The translations under genes were made by a program, and so were the position numbers. From Spirochaetota bacterium (GTDB lineage Bacteria > Spirochaetota > Brachyspiria > Brachyspirales > JACRPF01), in contig JBBTBY010000043.1 in NCBI GenBank assembly GCA_038043445.1, positions 279 through 64,278 on the forward strand: 64,000 nt of DNA, given 5' to 3'. Below are positions 44,171 through 51,500 of the stretch, piece after piece; position 1 is the first letter of the stretch; each line of letters begins with the position of its first letter. The notes below the pieces were generated by a model. It did not search any database and was not told the DNA's origin. It worked only from the letters and a program-made list of their open reading frames with translations.

Positions 44171-45343
44171 ATGAATAAATTCGGCGACATACAATTGTCC
44201 GACGACATCACACGAAGGCTCTCCACACCATGCTATCTCGTCAACGACGCCGCGATAGAGAATAATCTCTCGATACTGAAGGATGTCGGAGAGAAATCAG
44301 ACGCACGGATAATACTCGCGCTCAAAGGCTTCGCGATGTGGTCGTATGCACCGCTCGTGCGGAAGTATCTCTCCGGTGTCACCGCAAGCTCGCTCAACGA
44401 AGCGCTCCTCGGCAGGAAGGAATTCAAGGGCGACGTACACGTCTATGCGCCGGCATACCGTGACGATGAGATAGACCGCATCGTCGACAACGCCGATCAT
44501 ATCAGCTTCAATTCAATATCGCAGTGGATGCGCTTGCGCGATCGTGTCAGGAAAAGAAAGCCGTCGCTCTCATGCGCAGTCCGCATTAATCCCGAACATT
44601 CCGAGGTAAAGACCCGATTGTACGATCCATCGGCGCCGCATTCGCGGCTGGGGATAACCATCGCGAATTTCAAGGCGGGCGTCCGCGAGCTTGCCGGTAT
44701 CGACGGGCTCCATTTCCACAATCTCTGCGAGCTCGGGAGCGATTCGCTCGAGCGTACGCTCAAAGCCGTCGAAAAGAAATTCTCGTTCTACTTCGACAGG
44801 ATATCGTGGATCAATATGGGCGGCGGTCATCATATCACGCGTGATGACTATGACCGCGAACGTCTCATTCGCATCATTCGCGATCTCAAGGACCGCTATC
44901 ACCTTACGGTGTATCTGGAACCGGGCGAGGCTATCGCGCTCAATACCGGGGTGCTCGTGTCGCGCGTGCTCGATGTGTTCTCCAATAATATGAACATCGC
45001 CATCCTCGATACATCCGCGGCAGCGCATATGCCCGATGTGCTCGAGATGCCGTATCGTCCGGAGATACAGGGCGCAGCATTGCCCGGGAAGAAGCGTTAT
45101 ACGTACCGTCTCGGCGGCATGACCTGTCTTGCCGGCGATATCATCGGCGATTACTCCTTCGACAGCCCCCTTGCCGTCGGCGACGCACTCGTGTTCGGCG
45201 ACATGGCTCACTACACCATGGTGAAGAACAATACTTTCAACGGCGTTGGTCTCCCGTCGATATACCGCATCGACACCAGAACGGGAAAGCTCCGGCATGT
45301 CCGATCGTTCGGATATCTTGACTACCGCGGGCGTCTCAGCTGA
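44171..45343 (+). CDS. nspC: carboxynorspermidine/carboxyspermidine decarboxylase
   Basis: 390 aa counted from MNKFGDIQ. Matching stretches are STPCYLVNDAAIENNL..., ILALKGFAMWS, VTASSLNEA and MGGGHHITR, and the fold is of the PLP-dependent alanine racemase / ODC type, as in NspC. The track start at 44030 lies upstream of the promoter. Confidence 0.8.
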   Translation: MNKFGDIQLSDDITRRLSTPCYLVNDAAIENNLSILKDVGEKSDARIILALKGFAMWSYAPLVRKYLSGVTASSLNEALLGRKEFKGDVHVYAPAYRDDEIDRIVDNADHISFNSISQWMRLRDRVRKRKPSLSCAVRINPEHSEVKTRLYDPSAPHSRLGITIANFKAGVRELAGIDGLHFHNLCELGSDSLERTLKAVEKKFSFYFDRISWINMGGGHHITRDDYDRERLIRIIRDLKDRYHLTVYLEPGEAIALNTGVLVSRVLDVFSNNMNIAILDTSAAAHMPDVLEMPYRPEIQGAALPGKKRYTYRLGGMTCLAGDIIGDYSFDSPLAVGDALVFGDMAHYTMVKNNTFNGVGLPSIYRIDTRTGKLRHVRSFGYLDYRGRLS

Positions 45344-45373
45344 GCGGCGAGAAGCGGTCAAAAATGAAAAGTC

Positions 45374-46348
45374 CTACTGCTTGATGAACGATCCCTCATA
45401 GCGCACACCCTTCTTCACGGGGGCGAGGCTCTTTCGTGAAAGCCCGATGAGCGCAAGCGGATTATCAAGCCCCATGAGTACTATCTCCTTCGCCGTAACG
45501 ATGCCAAGCGAATTGAGGTGATTGGCGCATGCGAGCATCATCACCGATGAGCCGACGAGGCATCCCTTGTCCGGATTGTGGAGCTTACCCGAGGGTTCGA
45601 GCACCGCGCGATTGCCGAGGGTATGATATTCCCCCGGCGGCATCCCGGCGAGCGGCGATGCGTCGCTTGTGATGACGACGTTCGCAACGCCTTTCGCGCG
45701 AATGAGCGCGGTTATCACCGGCGGCGGGAGATGATGCCCGTCGGTGATGAGCATGGCAGAAAGTCCGTCGATCGCGGCCCCGGCCCATATCGGATTATCA
45801 TGGCGCGGGAGCATGTTGGGCACACCGTTGCCTAAATGCGTGAGCGCGCGTGCGCCGGCGTCGCGAAGACGTACCATGTCCGGGTATGATGCAAGCTCAT
45901 GCCCGAGCGATACGGTTATCCCTTTCGATACTGCGTAGCGGCACAACGCATCGGCCGCCTGCACTTCCGCCGCTATCGTGATGAGCCGTATCGTCCCTTC
46001 GGAAAGCGCGATGAGCCTGTCGAGCGCGTCGGTGGACGGCGGGATAACGCTACCCGGGTCATGCGCGCCGACCGCGCCCGGCTCCTTCGAGATGAACGGG
46101 CCTTCGAGATGGAGGCCGAGTATGCGTCCGCGGAAACGCTCCGTTCGCATCATGCGCACGATGAGGGGGATGTTCCTTTCGTAGACCGCCATCGGACTGG
46201 TGATGATGGTCGGGAGGAAACCCGCCGTACCGGACGAGAGGACGCCGTCAGCGGCCTGCGCTAAGGACTCATCCGTGAGCGACGGATCGGAAAAATCGAT
46301 GGCCGCATAGCCGTTCACCTGCACATCGACGAAACCGGGTATCTTCAT
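45374..46348 (-). CDS. nagA: N-acetylglucosamine-6-phosphate deacetylase-like amidohydrolase, N-terminally short
   Basis: IPGFVDVQVNGYAAIDFSD parallels E. coli NagA (PGFIDVQLNGCGGVQFND). LHLEGPFIS, HLGNG and DGHH are also present. The protein starts right at the barrel and lacks the ~50-aa N-terminal beta-sandwich strand; an in-frame TGA lies 24 nt upstream. Confidence 0.7.
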   Translation of the reverse strand: MKIPGFVDVQVNGYAAIDFSDPSLTDESLAQAADGVLSSGTAGFLPTIITSPMAVYERNIPLIVRMMRTERFRGRILGLHLEGPFISKEPGAVGAHDPGSVIPPSTDALDRLIALSEGTIRLITIAAEVQAADALCRYAVSKGITVSLGHELASYPDMVRLRDAGARALTHLGNGVPNMLPRHDNPIWAGAAIDGLSAMLITDGHHLPPPVITALIRAKGVANVVITSDASPLAGMPPGEYHTLGNRAVLEPSGKLHNPDKGCLVGSSVMMLACANHLNSLGIVTAKEIVLMGLDNPLALIGLSRKSLAPVKKGVRYEGSFIKQ

Positions 46349-46387
46349 ACGAGCTCCATAAATATGATATCAAAGGGACCGACGATG

Positions 46388-47677
46388 CTATTGCAATGCA
46401 CCCTCGGGATCGACAAGCTCAACAGTGCCGCTCTTCACGTTCATGACTATTTCCCGTGCGTGAATGGTCCGTTCCTTCTGCACCATCCTCGGCGTGCCGC
46501 CCCAGAGCTTTATCTTGGCGCTTTTCATATCGTAGACAGCGATATCCGCATATGCATGCACATCGTCGCGCCGGACGATGACGTCGCCGTTGGCGCGCAG
46601 CTTGTTCTTCCCGGCGAACTGTTCGAAATAGATGGCGGTCACCACTATCTTTTCGCGGACGAGATAGGCGATGGGGCTTTTCATTATCCGCGTATACCCG
46701 TCCTTGCTGAACACACGCATATGCCCCGCATTCATCATCATGCCGCCGGTATTATCCACGAGCACGACCTTGTCGAGGAAATCGATGACCTCTTTGCCCG
46801 TGACGAACGAATACTCGATGACATCCGCAGTGACCGATGTTTCGCGGGTGACGAACCTGCAGACGGGGTCATTGAGCATGCGTGCGAATTTATTGGCGAT
46901 ATCATATACCGTGAATCCGCCGGTAATGACCATATCATTGCGCGGGACGCTCACGGCGATGGCGCCGAAACCGTACACCATGTTCGTTCCTGCGGCGGAA
47001 AGGTACTGGATGCGGTCGGCGGTGATGGTGTTCTCGCGATTCGTGCCCGCCTCATCGGCGGGGTCGAAGATTATCGCGGCGCGGCCGAACGCTTCGATGC
47101 TTTCGCGTTCCGTCGAATATTCCATGCGCTCACCGGTAAGGGTGGCGCCCTTCCTGACGATGCGCGGAGCACCTGCGAGCGTCGCCAGCGCGCGCGCACC
47201 GTCATAGCGGAGCATGGAGCCGTACCCGAGCACGCGCTCGCCCGCCGTCGGGTCGATGCGTTCAATGGAAACATTGCCGGTCGCTGTTGTGATCTCGTTA
47301 TCGAAACGCCGCTGCATTTCATCGCCCTTGACGGTGATGTTCTCGCTCTTCATGAAGAGCACCGGACGCTGCGTTACGCGGGCGGACTTCGTCACCTCGC
47401 TGTAATCGGCGCGGCCGGCGGTGATGAGCACGTTCGTCGAGAGGAATATACGCACATTGCCCTGACAGAACGCGCGATTGTCGTTGAGGTAGAATTTCAT
47501 GTAATCGGAAAGTATGCGGTTGCTCCCGTCGATGAACTTCGCGTTCCCCTCGTAGGTCACCGTCTGCTCGGGATTGGAGAACGTCATCGTATCGCCGGAA
47601 CGGCGCGTGACCTCGGGCTCGGCGAACGCGAGCGCCGCGGCAATGATGAACGCTATGACGCTACCGTATCGCACCAT
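46388..47677 (-). CDS. lptA: LptA/OstA-domain periplasmic protein (about twice normal LptA length)
   Basis: Signal peptide MVRYGSVIAFIIAAALAFA is followed by repeated OstA-like beta-jellyroll segments (GNAKFIDGSNRILSDYMKFYLNDNRAFCQGNVRI...; ...GDVIVRRDDVHAYADIAVYD). Its position after lptC supports the call. The mirror ORF on the plus strand is rejected. Confidence 0.7.
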   Translation of the reverse strand: MVRYGSVIAFIIAAALAFAEPEVTRRSGDTMTFSNPEQTVTYEGNAKFIDGSNRILSDYMKFYLNDNRAFCQGNVRIFLSTNVLITAGRADYSEVTKSARVTQRPVLFMKSENITVKGDEMQRRFDNEITTATGNVSIERIDPTAGERVLGYGSMLRYDGARALATLAGAPRIVRKGATLTGERMEYSTERESIEAFGRAAIIFDPADEAGTNRENTITADRIQYLSAAGTNMVYGFGAIAVSVPRNDMVITGGFTVYDIANKFARMLNDPVCRFVTRETSVTADVIEYSFVTGKEVIDFLDKVVLVDNTGGMMMNAGHMRVFSKDGYTRIMKSPIAYLVREKIVVTAIYFEQFAGKNKLRANGDVIVRRDDVHAYADIAVYDMKSAKIKLWGGTPRMVQKERTIHAREIVMNVKSGTVELVDPEGALQ

Positions 47678-48203
47678 AGCTGTGCCCCTGATCGACCTCA
47701 TGCTTGATGACGACATGCGAGAGGTCCATATCGGCTTCCATCCCGGTGCCGCGTATCCAGTCGCCGTTGCGGTGGACGATGGAAACGATGTTCGTGCTCG
47801 TCATCTTCCCCCGGCGATTATCCCAGAGTATGCGATGCGAATAAAGCCGCGTGCCGTTCGTCGAAATAAGGACGACATTGCTGATAAGCTCGATGGAATT
47901 ATCCGCTGCATGCAGATTCGCCATGCCCGCCTCTACCCGTGCGCTGACATTCGACCCGTTGAACAATCGTATGCGGACGTGGCGAAGCTCGGTAAGGCGC
48001 CGCTCCTGAAAAAGCCGCGCATTGCTCGCATGCGCTTCCCAGACCTTGCGGCTGCCGTCGTAATATTCGCTCCTGAAACTTTCCTGCATCTCAAGTTCGG
48101 GAGGGCGCTCGAAATTCTGCGGACCGCGCTGCTTGCCGCTGAAATCGGTGCAGGCGATAAGCGCAGTAATGATGACGCTAGCGATAGCGGCGAAGCGCTT
48201 CAT
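47661..48203 (-). CDS. lptC: LPS export system protein LptC
   Basis: 180 aa with an N-terminal anchor MKRFAAIASVIITALIAC and an LptC-like fold region (WEAHASNARLFQERRLTELRHVRIRLFNG...IELISNVVLIS). The kdsC-lptC-lptA gene order is conserved. Confidence 0.7.
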   Translation of the reverse strand: MKRFAAIASVIITALIACTDFSGKQRGPQNFERPPELEMQESFRSEYYDGSRKVWEAHASNARLFQERRLTELRHVRIRLFNGSNVSARVEAGMANLHAADNSIELISNVVLISTNGTRLYSHRILWDNRRGKMTSTNIVSIVHRNGDWIRGTGMEADMDLSHVVIKHEVDQGHSYGAIR

Positions 48204-48720
48204 GAGAGCGTCCTTGTGCGCGGAGTATCAGCATGACCGTTTCACGGAGCACGCCCTCGCCGCCGGGCACATGCGTTACCCAGTCGGCCGCGTGACGCAC
48301 TTCTCGTGCAGCATCGCTCGGGGCGAACGCGACACCGGCGTATGCCATCGCGGTAAGATCGATGAACTCGTCACCGATATAGGCCGTTTCTTCACGGGTA
48401 ACGTGAAAGTCGCGGAGGATCGCTTCCATCGCCTTGCCTTTGTCAGCTGCGCCGGTTATCACATGGGTGAGCTTTAACTGCTTCTTGAACCGTATGCGCA
48501 CCGCTTCGGTATCGCGGGCGGTTAGGACGGCGAACGAGAGCCCCATCTCGCGGCCCAATCGTATCGCAAAACCATCGCGCGAGTGATAGTTTTTCTGCTC
48601 ATAGCCCTTATCGGTCACGACAATGCGCCCGTCGGTGAGCACGCCGTCAACGTCCGAAACGATGAGCCGGATGCGGGAGAGCCGGCGTTTGATGAGGTAA
48701 TATCGCAGCGTTCTGAACAC
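48178..48720 (-). CDS. kdsC: 3-deoxy-D-manno-octulosonate 8-phosphate phosphatase (HAD)
   Basis: IRLIVSDVDGVLTDG (DxDG), SRDG, and IGDEFIDLTAMAYAGVAFAPSDA are present. The track start at 48768 lies inside the tRNA gene. GTG 48720 has an AAGAGG 8 nt upstream. Confidence 0.8.
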   Translation of the reverse strand: MFRTLRYYLIKRRLSRIRLIVSDVDGVLTDGRIVVTDKGYEQKNYHSRDGFAIRLGREMGLSFAVLTARDTEAVRIRFKKQLKLTHVITGAADKGKAMEAILRDFHVTREETAYIGDEFIDLTAMAYAGVAFAPSDAAREVRHAADWVTHVPGGEGVLRETVMLILRAQGRSHEALRRYR

Positions 48721-48739
48721 GATCGGCCTCTTTTCGTCA

Positions 48740-48812
48740 TGGGGCTTGCAGGACTCGAACCTGCCCACGCGGTTTAGGAAACCACTGCTCTATCCATCTG
48801 AGCTAAAGCCCC
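48740..48812 (-). tRNA. tRNA-Arg (anticodon CCT)
   Basis: A 73-nt cloverleaf read on the minus strand. The acceptor stem is GGGGCTT/AAGCCCC, the D-arm is GCTC/GAGC, and the anticodon stem GTGGT/ACCGC carries the loop TTCCTAA. The T-arm is GCAGG-TTCGAGT-CCTGC and the discriminator is A. CCA is not encoded. Confidence 0.9.
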
Positions 48813-48836
48813 GCAGATACCATGGATGTTTTTTTC

Positions 48837-48864
48837 ATTCTATCCCACTGGAATGGAAATGCAA
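48837..48864 (-). promoter_or_regulatory. sigma70-type promoter upstream of tRNA-Arg
   Basis: The minus strand reads TTGCAT ttccattccagtggga TAGAAT, 24 nt before the tRNA 5' end. Confidence 0.45.
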
Positions 48865-48877
48865 CCGAGTGCCTGTT

Positions 48878-49792
48878 CTATTTCCTCGCAGCATCGTGGA
48901 ACCGGTACCCCTTCTCGCCGACAGCGTCGTAATAATTCCCGGTGATATGTTTCGCTCCGGGCACTTCCTCGTATTCATGGGGGATAGAAAGGGCCGAAAG
49001 ATATTCATGGAGCCATTTCGCACCCTGATACACAATATCAGCAGTGCCTACCGCGATGCGTATGCGGAGCGATAAGCGTATCGCCTCGGCGTTACGTGCG
49101 GCAAGACCAGCCGGCTCTTCTGCGGTCAGGCGTTCACTGTCGCTGTTCAACATGATGCGGAAGATATCGGCGTGGCTCTGCGCTATCATATTCGTCATGC
49201 ACACTGCCGGGGCATAGACGACCACGGATGCGAACAGGTCGGGGTACTTGAACGCAAGATGCAGCGCGCCGAAACCGCCCATGGAAAATCCCTCAAGTGC
49301 GCGGCCGATCTTCGATGCGACGGTGCGGTAGCGGGAATCGATATGCGGGATAAGTTCTTTGATGATGCTCGTTTCGACCATTATCGTTCCGTCAAATGAA
49401 TCGAGGTACATGCTCCATATCGCGCCGTTGACGAACACCATGATGGCAGGCTCCGCTTTTCCTGATGCGATATACCCGTTGAGATAGCTCGAGAGCCGCG
49501 AGCTCTGCGCCTCATTGCCGCCGATGCCGTGAAGCCAGTATATGACGGGATACCGCGCGGATGTTCCCTTCTCGTAGGTAGGCGGGAGATATATCGCATA
49601 GCCGACCGGATGTTTCATCGAAGCGCTTTCGAACGTTTCGTATCGCACACCTTCTGATGCGCGCGCAAGCTCATGCACCCACGCGATGGCATTGGGGTCG
49701 ACGGCGCGTCCGCCGCCCGTGCGCGGAGCAGAGAACGCTGCCCCGGTGACAAGGATGAAAACGATCGCCGCGGCAGTCTGTTTTTCAAACAT
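48878..49792 (-). CDS. secreted esterase (esterase D / PF00756-like alpha/beta hydrolase)
   Basis: Signal peptide MFEKQTAAAIVFILVTGAAFSA is followed by YPVIYWLHGIGGN and the elbow LEGFSMGGFGAL. ATG 49792 overlaps the AraC stop (TAATG). Confidence 0.8.
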   Translation of the reverse strand: MFEKQTAAAIVFILVTGAAFSAPRTGGGRAVDPNAIAWVHELARASEGVRYETFESASMKHPVGYAIYLPPTYEKGTSARYPVIYWLHGIGGNEAQSSRLSSYLNGYIASGKAEPAIMVFVNGAIWSMYLDSFDGTIMVETSIIKELIPHIDSRYRTVASKIGRALEGFSMGGFGALHLAFKYPDLFASVVVYAPAVCMTNMIAQSHADIFRIMLNSDSERLTAEEPAGLAARNAEAIRLSLRIRIAVGTADIVYQGAKWLHEYLSALSIPHEYEEVPGAKHITGNYYDAVGEKGYRFHDAARK

Positions 49793-50598
49793 TACTGCCG
49801 CTCCGCGTAACGTCGTTCGGCGTAACTGAACGACTTCGTCCGGAAGCGCTTGGGTGAAACACCCTCCCGCTCCTTGAAGAAGCGCGAGAAATAGTACGGC
49901 CCGGCGAATCCGCATTGTTTCGTGATGTCATTGATGCTCGCGTCGGAATTAAGGAGGAGCTCCTTCGCGCGGTTCATCTTGAGCATGAGAAAATACGTAG
50001 TGAGCGGTATGCCCGTCTCCTCCTTGAATTTCTTGCGAAGCTGCTCATAGGTCAGTCCGTCCCGTTCCGCGAGTTCCTTATAATCGATGTGCGCCATCGC
50101 AACGTTCTCACGCATATACGATTTCACCCGCTCGACGGGGTTGCGCTGCCGCGTTTCCGGATAGCGATGTATCTTCATATAGATGCGGGTGAGTATCTCA
50201 TGGAGAAGGAGCGATGAATACTCCTCATGCCCCGGCGATTTGAAATACCACGCATTGTAGAGGTTCTCGTACGCCGCCACTATCCTGTCGTCAAGGCCGA
50301 TATCGTAAAGCGGCGCGGACGGTATGAGATCGCCGAAACGTTTTTCCGCATCGATGCCGTCGAAGGTTATCCAGTATTCCGTCCACCGTGTGCCCGCCTT
50401 CGGATCGAAATAATGCCATCTATTGGGGTAGAGGAAGAACGCCATGCCCGGTGTAAGCCGTACGCGCGAGGTGGTGTCGTCCTCGAAGAAACCCTCGCCC
50501 TTGATGAGATAGATGACCGAATGATAGTACATCACCCTGCCGTAGGTATTGAGGAAGTACGGCTTCTTGTTCTTGTTGAGTCCGGCTGCCTGTATCAT
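49792..50598 (-). CDS. AraC family transcriptional regulator (cupin + HTH)
   Basis: The C-terminal HTH is YKELAERDGLTYEQLRKKFKEETGIPLTTYFLMLKMNRAKELL...ITKQCGFAGPYYFSRFFKEREGVSPKRFR. There is an ATGA overlap with the upstream AraC. Confidence 0.85.
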   Translation of the reverse strand: MIQAAGLNKNKKPYFLNTYGRVMYYHSVIYLIKGEGFFEDDTTSRVRLTPGMAFFLYPNRWHYFDPKAGTRWTEYWITFDGIDAEKRFGDLIPSAPLYDIGLDDRIVAAYENLYNAWYFKSPGHEEYSSLLLHEILTRIYMKIHRYPETRQRNPVERVKSYMRENVAMAHIDYKELAERDGLTYEQLRKKFKEETGIPLTTYFLMLKMNRAKELLLNSDASINDITKQCGFAGPYYFSRFFKEREGVSPKRFRTKSFSYAERRYAERQ

Positions 50599-51371
50599 AC
50601 GGCGTGGCGCTCCGTGCGATATGCGCGCGGCGACATGCCGGCATGGCGCTTGAACGTGGAGCTGAAGTGATAGGGGTTGCAGAAGGAGAGCTCGGACGCT
50701 ATCGATGTGACCGGCCTGTTCGTTTCGCGGAGAAGATACTGCGCCGTCTCTATCTTCATCTTCATGAAATAGGTTATCGGCGGGAACCCCGTGGCCTTCC
50801 TGAAGAGCCGCGCAAGGTACGACGGGTTCACGCGGACATGGGAGGCTATCGATGCGAGCGTGAGCGATGATGTCACGTTCTCCTGCATGTAGGCGATCGC
50901 TGCGCGCACATGCGGGCTTGCGCGTTCCGCATGCGGCGTATCCGCTTTCGCCGCGAGGGAATAGCAGAAGGCGATAAGCTCATGCCGTGCCGCCTCGCGC
51001 ATGTCCTCTTCGCCGCTTTCATGACGCCATATCATTTCATCAAAAAGATGGCGGTGATCGACGCCGATGAAAAGCCCCTTCAGCGGCACGCGCTGACGCA
51101 CGCGTCGTATGAGCGCATCATCTTCTGCACTTGGGTGAAAGCGAAGATAGAAGAGCGATACCTTGCGTGTACCGGCAAGCACCGTGTCGTGCCGGTCGCC
51201 GGGGAGGGAGAAGAATATCCGTCCCCGGTTGGCATCGAAGGATTCACCGCGCGTGATGAAGCGGCCTTCACCGCTCATGAAGTAGTGGAACTCGCAGGCG
51301 TCCGAGTGCGCGTGGGGGCGCGTTTCCATGCCCGCGAGCACGGAGCCGAATCCTATCTCAACGATACGCAT
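50595..51371 (-). CDS. AraC family transcriptional regulator (cupin + HTH)
   Basis: The C-terminal HTH is LASIASHVRVNPSYLARLFRKATGFPPITYFMKMKIETAQYLL...IASELSFCNPYHFSSTFKRHAGMSPRAYR. Confidence 0.85.
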   Translation of the reverse strand: MRIVEIGFGSVLAGMETRPHAHSDACEFHYFMSGEGRFITRGESFDANRGRIFFSLPGDRHDTVLAGTRKVSLFYLRFHPSAEDDALIRRVRQRVPLKGLFIGVDHRHLFDEMIWRHESGEEDMREAARHELIAFCYSLAAKADTPHAERASPHVRAAIAYMQENVTSSLTLASIASHVRVNPSYLARLFRKATGFPPITYFMKMKIETAQYLLRETNRPVTSIASELSFCNPYHFSSTFKRHAGMSPRAYRTERHAV

Positions 51372-51377
51372 GTGCGT

Positions 51378-51405
51378 ATGGTATCCATTGCATGGGCAAT
51401 GTCAA
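51378..51405 (-). promoter_or_regulatory. promoter of the AraC-AraC-esterase operon, leaderless geometry
   Basis: The minus strand reads TTGACA ttgcccatgcaatgga TACCAT acgcac ATG(51371). Confidence 0.4.
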
Positions 51406-51434
51406 TATCCCGTATGTTTTGTCAACACCCGTCA

Positions 51435-51463
51435 TTTACAATTCCCCGGGGAATACATATACT
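51435..51463 (+). promoter_or_regulatory. sigma70-type promoter of the LamG/beta-helix array with palindromic spacer
   Basis: TTTACA ATTCCCCGGGGAATaca TATACT. The 17-nt spacer contains the perfect 14-bp palindrome ATTCCCCGGGGAAT (51441-51454). Confidence 0.5.
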
Positions 51464-51500
51464 GCTCTCAGCACGCGAAACGCGTTCGCAAGGAAACGGC

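Noticed and set aside
43929-44174. 81-aa ORF filling the esterase / nspC intergenic region, and a 60-aa ORF at 29007-29189.
   Set aside because: They are composed of the repeat, palindrome and promoter sequences themselves. They have no RBS, and the tandem repeat is translated as a duplicated peptide (SACVNSACVNS). They are most likely non-coding.
46364-47707. 447-aa plus-strand ORF covering almost exactly the same interval as the 442-aa minus-strand ORF.
   Set aside because: The minus strand encodes a signal peptide plus OstA/LptA-like repeats and sits in a conserved kdsC-lptC-lptA order. The plus-strand product is H/D/R-rich shadow sequence. It is a mirror ORF produced by codon bias, not evidence for overlapping genes.
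48740-48812. tRNA-Arg as the attachment site of an island containing the AraC / esterase / beta-helix array.
   Set aside because: No integrase is nearby. No partial duplicate of the tRNA 3' end is visible in the window. The tRNA 3' end faces the conserved kdsC-lptC-lptA genes rather than the accessory genes.
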